From NCBI GenBank assembly GCA_036397065.1, contig DASWJP010000023.1, positions 1-63,136 of the forward strand: 63,136 nt of DNA. The letters are read 5' to 3'. This document shows positions 30,747-40,589 of the stretch, in pieces. The stretch comes from Kiloniellales bacterium (GTDB lineage: Bacteria; Pseudomonadota; Alphaproteobacteria; Kiloniellales; J153). The translations under genes and the position numbers were made by a program. The notes beneath the pieces were generated by a model, which saw only the letters and a program-made list of their open reading frames with translations, was not told the origin of the DNA and searched no databases. The number at the start of each line of letters is the position of its first letter. The first letter of the stretch is position 1.

Positions 30747-31439
30747 TCAACTCGGCGGGAAGATCACCAACGGACGGCTGGCATCCAGCGGCGCCAGCAC
30801 CGGTTGCCAATCGGCCGGGCACGGTTGCGTCGGCGCGCCGCGCAGGCACGGAAGGCCGAAAGCGATGGCGGCGCGGCCGGCCTCCAGTTCCGCCGGGGCC
30901 AGGGGCACGCCGTCGGTGGTGAACGGCGGCACCCGGTAGGCCCGCTGCACCACATACAGCGCCCGCGCACCGGCGATCACCCGGTAGAGGGAAATGTTGC
31001 CCTTGCCGCTTTGCTTGTCGCGGGTACAGGCGATCAGGCGAGAGGCGGCGGCATAGCCGTTGATCGGCGCGCTGGCCACCTCGGTGACCATGACCGCCGC
31101 ACAGGTATCCGTCGACAGGGCCGCCAGGTTGTCGAGAAAGCGCTCCGGCGCCTGCCCGATCACATCGGGAATCAGCTGCACGGTGATGCGATCGCGCCAA
31201 TCCTGCAAGGTCTGGTCGGCGGGCAGCCAGTCGGCCCGATAGCCCAGGGCATCGCTGGCCTCGGCCAGCTTGCGCCAGCCCATGGGCAAGCCGGCGATGT
31301 AAACCTCGTCGCCTCCGCCCAGCAGAACCGCCGTATCGCCACCCTGCGCCGCCGCCGGACCGGCCGCGGGCACCAGCAGCAAGGCGGCCAACAGCGCCGC
31401 CCAAAGCCCGCGCCTGCCGTGCACGGCCACACCGTTCAC
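30747..31439 (-). CDS. hypothetical secreted protein (signal peptide); start uncertain
   Basis: A GTG at 31439 overlaps the ubiH-family stop (TAGTG). The N-terminus is signal-peptide-like (GRRGLWAALLAALLLVPAAGPAAAQG). The listed 557-aa ORF upstream of this point overlaps the ubiH-family gene out of frame and is an artefact. Confidence 0.55.
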   Translation of the reverse strand: MNGVAVHGRRGLWAALLAALLLVPAAGPAAAQGGDTAVLLGGGDEVYIAGLPMGWRKLAEASDALGYRADWLPADQTLQDWRDRITVQLIPDVIGQAPERFLDNLAALSTDTCAAVMVTEVASAPINGYAAASRLIACTRDKQSGKGNISLYRVIAGARALYVVQRAYRVPPFTTDGVPLAPAELEAGRAAIAFGLPCLRGAPTQPCPADWQPVLAPLDASRPLVIFPPS

Positions 31440-32794
31440 TAGAGAGCCTGACCGCGCATGAGGCGCGGCACATCGCCGACCAGCCCCATGGCATGGCGCA
31501 TGAAGAAGCGCTTCAGGGGCGGCAATCGGTTGACCGCCGCCAGACCGGCATCGCGGGCCAGGCGCAGCGGCCCGATGTCGTTCGAGAACAGCCGGTTGAG
31601 GCCGTCGGTGGCGACCATCAGCACGGTGTTGTCGAAGCGCCGCCATTGCTGATAGCGGGCCAGCACCGCCGCATCCCCCGGATCGAGGCCGAGGCGACTG
31701 GCCTCCACCACGCACTCCGCCAGGGCGGCAACGTCGCGCAGGCCCAGGTTCAAGCCTTGCCCGGCAATCGGGTGGATGACATGCGCCGCATCGCCGACCA
31801 GCGCCAGGCGGTGGTCGATATAGCGCTCCGCGTGCATGAGCGAGAGCGGATAGCTCCAGCGCCGTCCCGCCGGGGCGAGGGTTCCCAGGCTGTCGCCGAA
31901 GCGGCGCTGCAATTCGCCGCCGAAGGCCGCATCGTTCAGGGCCATCAGGGCATCCACCAGGTCGCGCCGCTCGGTCCAGACCAGGGAGGAGCGGTGCGTG
32001 CCATCGGCCGCATCGGTCATGGGCAGCATGGCGAAGGGCCCGGCGGGCAGGAAATGCTCGTGCGCCACGCCGTGGTGCGGGGCTTCGTGCGCCACCGTGC
32101 AGACGATGCCGCATTGCGCATAGTCCCAGGCGGTCACCCGAATGCCGGCGGCCGTGCGCAGGGGCGAGCCGCGGCCCTCGGCGGCCACCGCCAGGCGGGC
32201 GTTCAGTTGCCGCCCGTCGGCCAGCGCGGCCACCGCCGGCGCCGCCCCGGTGCCGCGCGCCACATGGACCAGACGCCCGGGCGCGATCAGCCGCAGTTTG
32301 GGCAGCCTTGCCGCCCGCGCGTAGAGGGCGGTGCGCACCGCCCGGTTTTCCACGATATGGCCCAGGGGTTCGTCCGTCTCCTCGGCCAGCTCGCGCCGGT
32401 CGTAGTGCAGGAACAGGCACGAGGCGACGGCCCCCACGCGCCCGTCGGAAACGCGGATATCCAGGATCGGCTCGGCCGCCGCGGCCATGCCCGGCCAGAT
32501 GCCGAGCGCCGCCAGCAGCCGTTGCGAGCCGCGGGCAATGGCCGAGGATCGCCCGTCGAAGGCGGCATCGGTGAGTGCTGCCGGATCGGCCGCATCCACG
32601 ACCGTCACAGGGATCCCGGCATCGGCCAGACCGATGGCCAGGGTCAGGCCGACCATGCCCCCGCCGGAGATCAAGACCTCCGTCGTCCCGTCACCGTTTT
32701 CGCCGCCGCCGACCGGTTTTCGCCCCATGGGCGCAGAATCGCCGGGCCTTGCCGTCTTGTCCAGCCTCCCGTTTGACGGCCGAAAATTGCCCAT
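31439..32794 (-). CDS. UbiH/UbiF/VisC/COQ6-family FAD-dependent ubiquinone-biosynthesis hydroxylase
   Basis: It has the FAD motif VLISGGGMVGLTLAIGLA, the DG.S motif, GDAAHVIHPIAGQGLNLGLRD and the C-terminal RL..D.GL..V. An alternative start Met is at 32728. Confidence 0.88.
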   Translation of the reverse strand: MGNFRPSNGRLDKTARPGDSAPMGRKPVGGGENGDGTTEVLISGGGMVGLTLAIGLADAGIPVTVVDAADPAALTDAAFDGRSSAIARGSQRLLAALGIWPGMAAAAEPILDIRVSDGRVGAVASCLFLHYDRRELAEETDEPLGHIVENRAVRTALYARAARLPKLRLIAPGRLVHVARGTGAAPAVAALADGRQLNARLAVAAEGRGSPLRTAAGIRVTAWDYAQCGIVCTVAHEAPHHGVAHEHFLPAGPFAMLPMTDAADGTHRSSLVWTERRDLVDALMALNDAAFGGELQRRFGDSLGTLAPAGRRWSYPLSLMHAERYIDHRLALVGDAAHVIHPIAGQGLNLGLRDVAALAECVVEASRLGLDPGDAAVLARYQQWRRFDNTVLMVATDGLNRLFSNDIGPLRLARDAGLAAVNRLPPLKRFFMRHAMGLVGDVPRLMRGQAL

Positions 32795-33040
32795 ATTTTA
32801 AGCGCACGTCATGATGTGACTAAAATTTAGGCTAATTTGACCCGATTTGGGGGTGCGCGGAGGCAGCCTGGCAGGCCAGGCCCCAGGAAATCCGCGGGGT
32901 TGGCGGGTCACCCCGGCGATTCGCCCCGTTGGCATGGTTCTTGGAATGGCCTAGTCGACCTTCGGCTAAGGCACGCCGCAAAAGAAGGCCCGGTGCCGGA
33001 CCGGATTTGTCGATTCAACAGCCCTTGAGGAGGCCCGGGG

Positions 33041-34399
33041 ATGAAATCCATTCGTTTCACGCTCATGTTGGCCGGCGCCGTGGGTGCCGCCGTATTGGTC
33101 ACGACCAACCCTGTCCAGGCGGAGGTGACCGGCGAAACACAATATGTTTTCAATACGTTCTCGTTCCTGGTCCATGGTTTCCTGGTCATGTGGATGGGCG
33201 CCGGCTTCGCCATGCTCGAATCCGGCCTGGTGCGCACCAAGAACACCGCCACCATCTGCTTGAAGAACGTGGCCCTCTATTCGGTGGCCGGCCTGATGTA
33301 CTACCTGGTCGGCTACAATCTCATGTACGTCGACGTCAGCAATTGGATGGGCTCTATTGCCCTGTTCTACAATTCGTCCGAGGCGGAACTGGCCCTGCTC
33401 AATGCCGATGCCGCCACGCCCGAGCTGGTCGCGCCGGTGGTGGAGAACGGCTATTCGGTCATGTCCGACTGGTTCTTCCAGATGGTCTTTGTCGCCACCG
33501 CCGCCTCCATCGTTTCCGGCACCCTGGCGGAACGCATCAAGGTTTGGCCGTTCCTGCTGTTCGTGGTGATCCTGACCGCCATCATCTATCCCATCCAGGG
33601 GGCGTGGACGTGGGGCGGCGGCTGGTTGAGCCAGCTCGGCTTCTCCGATTTCGCCGGCTCGACCATCGTTCATTCGGTGGGCGGCTGGGCGGCCCTGACC
33701 GGCGCCATCATTCTCGGCGCCCGGCGCGGCAAATACGCCGCCGGCGGGCGGGTCACGCCGCTGCCCGGGGCCAATCTGCCCTTGGCCACCCTGGGCACCT
33801 TCATCCTGTGGTTCGGCTGGTTCGGCTTCAACGGCGGCTCGCAGCTGGCCCTGGGTTCGGCCCTGGATGCCACCGCCATGGGCATCGTCTATGTGAACAC
33901 CAACCTGGGTGCCGCCGCCGGCCTGATTGCCGCCATGGTGCTGACCCAGCTGCTCTATAAGAAGATCGATCTGACCATGACCTTGAACGGGGCCATTGCC
34001 GGGCTGGTATCGATCACCGCCGGGCCGGACCTGCAAAACCACGCCCTGGCCATTGTCGTGGGCGGCATCGGCGGGGCCATCGTGGTCTTCGCCGTGCCCC
34101 TGCTCGACCGCCTGCGCATCGACGATGTGGTGGGCGCCATCTCGGCCCATCTGTTCGCCGGCATCTGGGGCACCCTGGCGGTGGCCATCTTCGGCGGCGG
34201 CAGCCTGGCCGCCCAGTTGACCGGCATTGCCGCCATCGGTGCCTTTGTCGTGGTCACCAGCTCGATCGTCTGGCTGGCCATCAAGTATTCCATGGGCCTG
34301 CGGGTCAGCCCCGAGAACGAGGATCTGGGGCTCGACAAGGCCGAGCTGGGCATGGAGGCGTACCCGGAGTTCGGGCACGGCTCGCAGACCATCTACTGA
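33041..34399 (+). CDS. amtB: ammonium transporter AmtB (with cleavable signal peptide)
   Basis: GAGGAGG lies upstream of the ATG. There are 11-12 TM segments and Amt signatures (DFAGSTIVHSVGGWAALTGAIILGAR.GKY, FGWFGFNGGS, VGAISAHLFAGIWGTLAV). Confidence 0.93.
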   Translation: MKSIRFTLMLAGAVGAAVLVTTNPVQAEVTGETQYVFNTFSFLVHGFLVMWMGAGFAMLESGLVRTKNTATICLKNVALYSVAGLMYYLVGYNLMYVDVSNWMGSIALFYNSSEAELALLNADAATPELVAPVVENGYSVMSDWFFQMVFVATAASIVSGTLAERIKVWPFLLFVVILTAIIYPIQGAWTWGGGWLSQLGFSDFAGSTIVHSVGGWAALTGAIILGARRGKYAAGGRVTPLPGANLPLATLGTFILWFGWFGFNGGSQLALGSALDATAMGIVYVNTNLGAAAGLIAAMVLTQLLYKKIDLTMTLNGAIAGLVSITAGPDLQNHALAIVVGGIGGAIVVFAVPLLDRLRIDDVVGAISAHLFAGIWGTLAVAIFGGGSLAAQLTGIAAIGAFVVVTSSIVWLAIKYSMGLRVSPENEDLGLDKAELGMEAYPEFGHGSQTIY

Positions 34400-34414
34400 G
34401 GCGTTCCCGCGCGG

Positions 34415-34439
34415 GCCCGGACGGCATTGCCGTTCGGGC
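34415..34439 (+). terminator. possible terminator hairpin downstream of amtB
   Basis: GCCCGGACGGC-ATT-GCCGTTCGGGC forms an 11-bp stem with one G-U pair. There is no clear U-tract. Confidence 0.35.
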
Positions 34440-34577
34440 GCGTCGGGGGAGCGCAATAGTTGTACAAATACCACATAATGTGTTACCAGGGCTGCAAGGC
34501 CGCTCATCGTGTGGCGGCCGTGGGATCACGCGGTGCGGTCATAGGCGCCGCCGCCGCTCACATACGGGCCCTGGACC

Positions 34578-34886
34578 ATGCGCCCTTATTGGCTCTTTGC
34601 CGCTCCCGTCGTGGCCGTGACGGGATTTTTTCAGCCCGCGCCCGCCGCCGCCTTGGGACCCTGCGAACAGCGGAAAAATCTGGTCGCGGCCCTGGCGGAA
34701 CGCTATCTCGAGGTGCCGGTGGCCCTGGGGGTGACCAACAGCGGCAGCCTAGTCGAGGTTCTCAAAGGCAAGACCAGCGAAACCTGGACCATCATCGTCA
34801 CCTCGCCGCAAGGCATCAGCTGCTTGGTGTTTTCCGGCGACGGCTGGCGCGCGCACGCCCAGTCCGCCCCTGAACCCGGGGCTTAA
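34578..34886 (+). CDS. hypothetical small periplasmic protein
   Basis: It has an N-terminal signal-like segment (MRPYWLFAAPVVAVTGFFQPAPAAA) and two Cys residues. I do not recognise a family. Confidence 0.5.
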   Translation: MRPYWLFAAPVVAVTGFFQPAPAAALGPCEQRKNLVAALAERYLEVPVALGVTNSGSLVEVLKGKTSETWTIIVTSPQGISCLVFSGDGWRAHAQSAPEPGA

Positions 34887-35025
34887 TTCAAGCCCCGATG
34901 TACTCTCGCAGTCTCTTGCGCACCTTGCTTGTTGGCGACTTCCGGCGGCGCTAGACTCTGCGCATGAAATTGAGATTTGGCGCCGGATCGGCGCCGGCCG
35001 ATGGCTGCGGGCAGAGAATCGCCCC

Positions 35026-36237
35026 ATGACCGATCGGCGTGATCTGCAGACCTTTCATCCCTTCGCCCGTCTCAACCGGCTGCTCGACGGCATTCCGCCC
35101 GGCCGTTCGGGCATCGATCTGCCAGGCATGGCGGCAGATGCGCCGATCCTGCTCTCGGTCGGCGAGCCGCAGAACCAGCCGCCGGCTTTTGTCGCCGAGG
35201 AGCTGGCCCGTGCCGCCGCCGGCTGGTCCCGCTATCCGCCGCCGCGCGGCACCCTGGACTATGCCGAGACGTGTGTCGCCTGGCTGGCCCGGCGGTACGG
35301 TCCGGCCGCCGCCGCTCTGGTCGATGCGAAGACCATGTGCCTGCCGTTGGCTGGAACCCGCGAAGGCCTGTTCTTCGCGGCCCTGGCCACGACCCCGGCG
35401 CACGGCCAGCCGCCGCCGGCCATCCTCATGCCGAATCCGTTCTATCATGTCTATGCCGGAGCGGCGGCCGCCGCCGGGGCCGAGGCGATCTGCGTGCCGG
35501 CCACCCGCGAAAGCGGCTTTTTGCCCGACTATGGCGCCCTGCCGCCGGAGGTCCTGGCGCGCACCACCCTGTGCTATCTGTGTTCGCCGGCCAATCCGCA
35601 AGGGGCGGTGGCCAGCCTGGCCCAGCTTCAGGATTTGATTGCCCTGGCCCGGCGCTATGATTTCACCGTCGCCTTCGACGAATGCTATGCCGAGATCTAC
35701 ACGGAAACGCCGCCTCCCGGCGCTCTGCAGGCGGCCGCGGCCCTGGGCGGCGGCCTGGACAACATGCTGGTCTTTCATTCCCTCTCGAAACGCTCCAGCG
35801 CGCCGGGCTTGCGCTGCGGTTTCGTGGCCGGCGGGCAAACGCCGGTGCTGGCCCTGGAGGGCCTGTTGCGCGTCGGCAGCGCCGGCGTGCCCTTGCCGAC
35901 CCTGGCCGCCGGCACCCGCCTGTGGCAGGAGGAAAGCCACGTCCAGGCCAACCGCGCCCGCTATCAGGCCAATTTCGCCGTGGCCGAGCGGCTGCTCGGC
36001 AACCGCTTCGGCTTTCGCACGCCGGCCGGCGGCTTCTTTCTCTGGCTCGACGTGGGCGACGGCGAGGCGGCCACGCTTGCCTTGTGGCGCGAGGCCGGCA
36101 TCAAGGTCGTGCCCGGCGCCTACATGTGCGCCGGAAGTGGGGCGGGCAATCCGGGCGCGCCTTACGTGCGGATCGCCCTGGTCTATGACGCGGCGCTGAC
36201 CGAAGCGGCCCTGACCCGGCTCGGCGAGATTCTCTAG
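35026..36237 (+). CDS. class I/II PLP-dependent aminotransferase (succinyldiaminopimelate aminotransferase DapC-like)
   Basis: The PLP-lysine context is [17 protein letters not shown]. The N-terminal LSVGEPQ and PNPFY segments are typical of the family. The DapC-like assignment comes from memory of the family, not from a search. Confidence 0.82.
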   Translation: MTDRRDLQTFHPFARLNRLLDGIPPGRSGIDLPGMAADAPILLSVGEPQNQPPAFVAEELARAAAGWSRYPPPRGTLDYAETCVAWLARRYGPAAAALVDAKTMCLPLAGTREGLFFAALATTPAHGQPPPAILMPNPFYHVYAGAAAAAGAEAICVPATRESGFLPDYGALPPEVLARTTLCYLCSPANPQGAVASLAQLQDLIALARRYDFTVAFDECYAEIYTETPPPGALQAAAALGGGLDNMLVFHSLSKRSSAPGLRCGFVAGGQTPVLALEGLLRVGSAGVPLPTLAAGTRLWQEESHVQANRARYQANFAVAERLLGNRFGFRTPAGGFFLWLDVGDGEAATLALWREAGIKVVPGAYMCAGSGAGNPGAPYVRIALVYDAALTEAALTRLGEIL

Positions 36238-36326
36238 GCCGAGATTCTCTAGGACGCACGGGCCAGCCAAGAAACTCTTGCTTTCAGGGCCTAGACCAAT
36301 GGGAACGGGTGGAGCATAAGGGGGTC

Positions 36327-38753
36327 ATGGCCACACGCACGAGCAGCCGCCGGGCCGCACCGGCGCCACATCCAGGCATCTTCGCGGATGGTTTCGGCAT
36401 CTTCGCCCGCAGGCGTCTGATCGAGGGGATCGGTCTGGCCTTCATCGCCCTGGGCGGGGCCGTGGTGGCGGCCTGTCTGACGTTCGATCCGGCCGACCCG
36501 TCGCTCAACCGGGCGGTCGACGGGCCGGTGGTCAATCTTGTCGGCCTGCCCGGTGCCTATGTGGCCGATGCCCTGCTCGGCGGCCTGGGCTTCGGCGCCT
36601 TGCTGATCCCACCGGCATTGATCGCCTGGGGCTGGCGTTTTGTGCGCCATTGGCCCGTGCGCCATTGGTGGCTGCGCCTGCCCAGCTTGCTGGCCGGCCT
36701 GCTGCTTATCGCCACCGCCTTGGCCTGGCTGCCGAAGTCGCTGCCCTGGCCGCCGGAGTTGGCCTCCGGCGGCGTGGTGGGCGGCGTCCTACTCGTCACC
36801 ATCGCCGCCAAGACCGCGCTCCAGCCAATGCTGACGGCACTGATCGCCGGCGGCCTGGGGGCCATTGTGTATCTGTACAGCCTGGGCATCAGCCGGGCGG
36901 CCTGGCGACGTGCCGGGCAAGGCCTGCTGACCTTGATCGTCGCTTTCTTCGGGGCGATCTCGCTCCTCGTCCGCTGGCGGCCCGCGGCGGGTGATCGAGC
37001 CGACGCCGGGCGCCCGGCCAAGCGGCGGCGCGAGCCGAAACTCATCGCCGATGATGAGGACGCGTATGCGGACGAAGAGTTCGCGGACGTCGAGGGCGAA
37101 GAAGATGAGGAGGAGGCGGAGATTGCCGCCTTCGCGCCGCGTACGACCCAGCGGCCGGCCCGGCGCAATCTGATCGAACCCCTGCGCAGCCGCGCCCCGG
37201 CGGGCAAGCGGGGGCGGGAAGCCAACCAGCGGCGCCTCAATTTCGGCTCCAGCACGGATTACGAGCTGCCGCCGCTCTCCCTCCTCGATCAGCCGCCGAG
37301 CGATGCGACGCAAACGGCGCTCAATCAGGATTCCCTGGAAAAGAACGCGCGTCTGCTGGAAGGCGTGCTCGACGATTTCGGCGTGCGCGGCGAGATCGTG
37401 AAGGTGCGTCCCGGCCCGGTGGTCACCCGCTATGAGCTGGAACCGGCGCCGGGCACCAAGACCAGCCGCGTGGTCGGCCTGGCCGATGATATCGCCCGCT
37501 CCATGAGCGCCGTCTCGGTGCGCGCCGCGGTGGTGCCGGGCTCGAGCGCCATCGGCATCGAGCTGCCCAACGCCAAGCGCGAGACGGTGTATTTGCGCGA
37601 GTTGCTCGCCTCGCGTGCCTACGAAAACTCCCCTGGCAAGCTGCCCCTGATCCTGGGCAAGGATATCGGCGGCGCCCCGGTGATGGTCGATCTGGCGCGC
37701 ATGCCGCATCTCCTGATCGCCGGCACCACCGGCTCCGGCAAGTCGGTCGGCGTCAATTCCATGATCCTGTCCCTGCTCTACCGGCTGGGCCCAGACAAGT
37801 GCAAGTTCATCCTCATTGATCCGAAGATGCTGGAGCTGTCCGTCTATGACGGCATTCCGCACCTGCTCTCGCCGGTGGTCACCGAGCCGAAGAAGGCGAT
37901 CGTCGCCCTGAAATGGACCGTGCGCGAGATGGAGGAGCGTTACCGCGCCATGTCGCGCCTGGGGGTGCGCAACATCGAAGGCTACAACACCCGCATCGAG
38001 GAGGCACGCAAGCGCGGCGAGGTACTGACCCGCCGGGTGCAGACCGGCTTCGATCCGGATACCGGCCAGCCGGTGCACGAGGAGCAGCCCTTCGATCTGG
38101 AGCCATTGCCCTTCATCGTCGTGGTGGTCGACGAGATGGCCGATCTGATGATGGTCGCCGGCAAGGACATCGAGATCGCGGTGCAGCGCCTGGCGCAGAT
38201 GGCGCGGGCCGCCGGCATACATCTGATCATGGCGACGCAACGCCCCTCGGTCGATGTGATCACCGGCACCATCAAGGCCAACTTCCCGACCCGCATCAGC
38301 TTCCACGTCACCTCGAAGATCGACAGCCGCACCATTCTCGGCGAGGGCGGCGGCGAGCAGCTGCTCGGCCAGGGCGACATGCTGTACATGGCCCAGGGCG
38401 GGCGCATTTCTCGCGTGCACGGGCCGCTGGTCACCGACCACGAGGTGGAAGAAGTGGTCACCTTCTTGAAACGTCAGGGTGAGCCTTCCTATATCGAAGC
38501 GGTCACCGAAGAAGAGGAGTCGGGCATCGACGCCTTCCTCGGCGGCGAAGGCGCCGACGATCTCTACGACAAGGCCGTTGCCTTGGTCTTTCAGCATCGC
38601 AAGGCATCGACCAGCTTCATCCAGCGCCACCTGCAGATCGGCTACAACCGGGCGGCGCGCATTGTCGAGCGCATGGAGGCGGAAGGCGTGGTCAGCCAGG
38701 CCAACCACGTCGGCAAGCGCGAGGTTCTGGTGCCCGGATCGGCCGATATCTAA
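36327..38753 (+). CDS. ftsK: DNA translocase FtsK
   Basis: The ATG at 36327 is preceded by AAGGGGG (the listed GTG at 36309 is also possible). It has N-terminal TM helices, an acidic/Pro-rich linker, a motor domain with Walker A (GTTGSGKSV) and Walker B ([12 protein letters not shown]), and a C-terminal gamma (winged-helix) domain. Confidence 0.93.
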   Translation: MATRTSSRRAAPAPHPGIFADGFGIFARRRLIEGIGLAFIALGGAVVAACLTFDPADPSLNRAVDGPVVNLVGLPGAYVADALLGGLGFGALLIPPALIAWGWRFVRHWPVRHWWLRLPSLLAGLLLIATALAWLPKSLPWPPELASGGVVGGVLLVTIAAKTALQPMLTALIAGGLGAIVYLYSLGISRAAWRRAGQGLLTLIVAFFGAISLLVRWRPAAGDRADAGRPAKRRREPKLIADDEDAYADEEFADVEGEEDEEEAEIAAFAPRTTQRPARRNLIEPLRSRAPAGKRGREANQRRLNFGSSTDYELPPLSLLDQPPSDATQTALNQDSLEKNARLLEGVLDDFGVRGEIVKVRPGPVVTRYELEPAPGTKTSRVVGLADDIARSMSAVSVRAAVVPGSSAIGIELPNAKRETVYLRELLASRAYENSPGKLPLILGKDIGGAPVMVDLARMPHLLIAGTTGSGKSVGVNSMILSLLYRLGPDKCKFILIDPKMLELSVYDGIPHLLSPVVTEPKKAIVALKWTVREMEERYRAMSRLGVRNIEGYNTRIEEARKRGEVLTRRVQTGFDPDTGQPVHEEQPFDLEPLPFIVVVVDEMADLMMVAGKDIEIAVQRLAQMARAAGIHLIMATQRPSVDVITGTIKANFPTRISFHVTSKIDSRTILGEGGGEQLLGQGDMLYMAQGGRISRVHGPLVTDHEVEEVVTFLKRQGEPSYIEAVTEEEESGIDAFLGGEGADDLYDKAVALVFQHRKASTSFIQRHLQIGYNRAARIVERMEAEGVVSQANHVGKREVLVPGSADI

Positions 38754-38771
38754 CAGAAGAGGCGATCACCG

Positions 38772-39419
38772 ATGAGGCGAACCGTCGCCGCCCTGATCTT
38801 GAGTCTGGTGATTGGTGGTGCTGGCGTGACCGGCGCGCACGCCGCCACCGGTTTGGCCGCGCTGCCGCCCGACGATGCCGCCGCGGTGCAGCGGGCCATT
38901 CGCTATCTCAACGATCTCTCCACCTTGCGCGCACGCTTCGTGCAGATTTCTTCGAACGGCACCTATGCGGAAGGAGAGGTGATCGTGGCGCGGCCCGGAC
39001 GCCTGCGTTTCGATTACGACCCGCCGACTCCGGTGCTGCTGATCGCCAACGGCCTGAGCCTGCTGTTCTATGACCGCGAGCTGAAGCAGGCGAGTTTCCT
39101 GCCGCTGTGGGAAACGCCGCTGTGGTTCCTGATCCGCGAGGAAGTGAAACTCTCCGACGATTTGCAGGTCACCGCCGTGGAGCGCGGCCAGGGTGTCTTG
39201 AAGGTCACCTTGCGTAATGCCGCCGCCGATGCCGGCAGCCTGTCCCTGATCTTTGGCGATGCGCCGATGAGTCTGCGCAAGTGGGAGCTGGTGGATGCGC
39301 AAGGCATCTCGACCCAGGTCTCGCTGATCAATCCGGAATTCGGCGGTCCCGTGGATTCCGCCGCCTTCGAGTACGACGATCTGGAAATTCAAAGCGGCAC
39401 GCGGCAACCCAGCCGCTAG
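38772..39419 (+). CDS. lolA: outer-membrane lipoprotein carrier protein LolA
   Basis: A signal peptide is followed by a LolA-like body (L..L...F.Q.......A.G.....RPG.LRF.Y..P...L...NG..L..YD). It sits immediately after ftsK, as in most proteobacteria. Confidence 0.85.
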   Translation: MRRTVAALILSLVIGGAGVTGAHAATGLAALPPDDAAAVQRAIRYLNDLSTLRARFVQISSNGTYAEGEVIVARPGRLRFDYDPPTPVLLIANGLSLLFYDRELKQASFLPLWETPLWFLIREEVKLSDDLQVTAVERGQGVLKVTLRNAAADAGSLSLIFGDAPMSLRKWELVDAQGISTQVSLINPEFGGPVDSAAFEYDDLEIQSGTRQPSR

Positions 39420-39428
39420 CAGGTGCAG

Positions 39429-39680
39429 CTATTGGCCCGGCGCCGGCGCGCCCGAGCGCAAGTTCCACCACGCCTCCAAGCAGTCAGCAGCACCGGGCTC
39501 TGTAATGCCGCGCACCAGGAACCCGGTGCGGATGCGCGCTTCCTCCGCCAGGGGCGGCAAGCCGGATTGGCGGGCCGCGTCCTGGACCAGCCAGGCGCAT
39601 GGATCAAAGCTTTCATAGCGCGCATAGGTCGCCGCACCCGCGGCGGCCAAGAGTCCAACCACGATCAGCAGAATTTTCAC
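39429..39680 (-). CDS. hypothetical small exported protein (83 aa)
   Basis: The GTG at 39680 overlaps the upstream desaturase-family stop (GTGA). The N-terminus is hydrophobic (KILLIVVGLLAAAGAATYA) and there are two Cys residues. The rest of the listed 710-aa ORF is an artefact. Confidence 0.45.
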   Translation of the reverse strand: MKILLIVVGLLAAAGAATYARYESFDPCAWLVQDAARQSGLPPLAEEARIRTGFLVRGITEPGAADCLEAWWNLRSGAPAPGQ

Positions 39681-40540
39681 GCGCCACTTTCCTTTGCGCT
39701 GGGCACGATCCGGACGCGGGCCTGGAACGGGCGGACGAGAAGACCCAGGAACGGCCGTTCCGCAACACCTTCCGCGCCGATGGCCATGGCCAGGGTGCGC
39801 GGGGTCGGACTGCGGGTGCCGAACAGGGGATCCCAAAAGCTGAAGACGGTGCCGTAATTCGCATCCGTATCCCGGCGCCGAGCGTGATGGTGCACCCAAT
39901 GGATGGAGGGCGTGATGATCAGCCGCGCCAGTGCCCGTTCCAGGCGGGGCGGGAGCGCCAGGTTGGAATGGTGAAACACGGTGCTGACCAGGACCAGGGT
40001 TTCGAAGACCAGCACCGAGGTGATCGGAACGTCGAAGGACATGATCAGCCCGCCGCGCACCAGGGCGGAGAGAATCACCTCGCCGAAATGAAAGCGCAGG
40101 GCGGAGCTGGCATCGAGAAATCGATCCAGATGGTGCACCTCGTGAAAGCGCCACAGGATGGGGATCTCGTGATTGGCCCGGTGCCACCAGAAGATCAGGA
40201 CATCGAGCAGCACGATATCGAGCGCCAGCCCCCAGCCGCCGCGCCACCAATCCGGACGCCAGCCGAGGGTGTGTTCCGTGGCCCAGAAGGTCACCGGCAG
40301 GACGATGAGCGGATACAGGCCGATGTTGGCCAGCCACAAGCCCAGGTTCCGTGCCAGACGGTGCCAATGGCCAGGCGGGCCGGAGGGAACCGGCGCCGGC
40401 TCGTGGTCCGCCGGAACCAGGCGCTCGGCAACCAGGATGGCCGCCAGCCAGACCAGTCCGGCTGCGCCCTTCCACGGCAAGAGCGATTGAACCACCTCGT
40501 TCATGGCCCGAGATATGGCCGCCCCGGGCGCCCGACGCAA
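39677..40540 (-). CDS. fatty acid hydroxylase / sterol desaturase superfamily membrane protein
   Basis: It carries the histidine boxes HRANH, HEVHH and HWVHHH, plus four TM segments. Confidence 0.85.
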   Translation of the reverse strand: MRRAPGAAISRAMNEVVQSLLPWKGAAGLVWLAAILVAERLVPADHEPAPVPSGPPGHWHRLARNLGLWLANIGLYPLIVLPVTFWATEHTLGWRPDWWRGGWGLALDIVLLDVLIFWWHRANHEIPILWRFHEVHHLDRFLDASSALRFHFGEVILSALVRGGLIMSFDVPITSVLVFETLVLVSTVFHHSNLALPPRLERALARLIITPSIHWVHHHARRRDTDANYGTVFSFWDPLFGTRSPTPRTLAMAIGAEGVAERPFLGLLVRPFQARVRIVPSAKESGA

Positions 40541-40589
40541 GAAAGATCGCCCCCTTGCGCCACACCCGGCGCCACCCTAGCTTTGTCCG

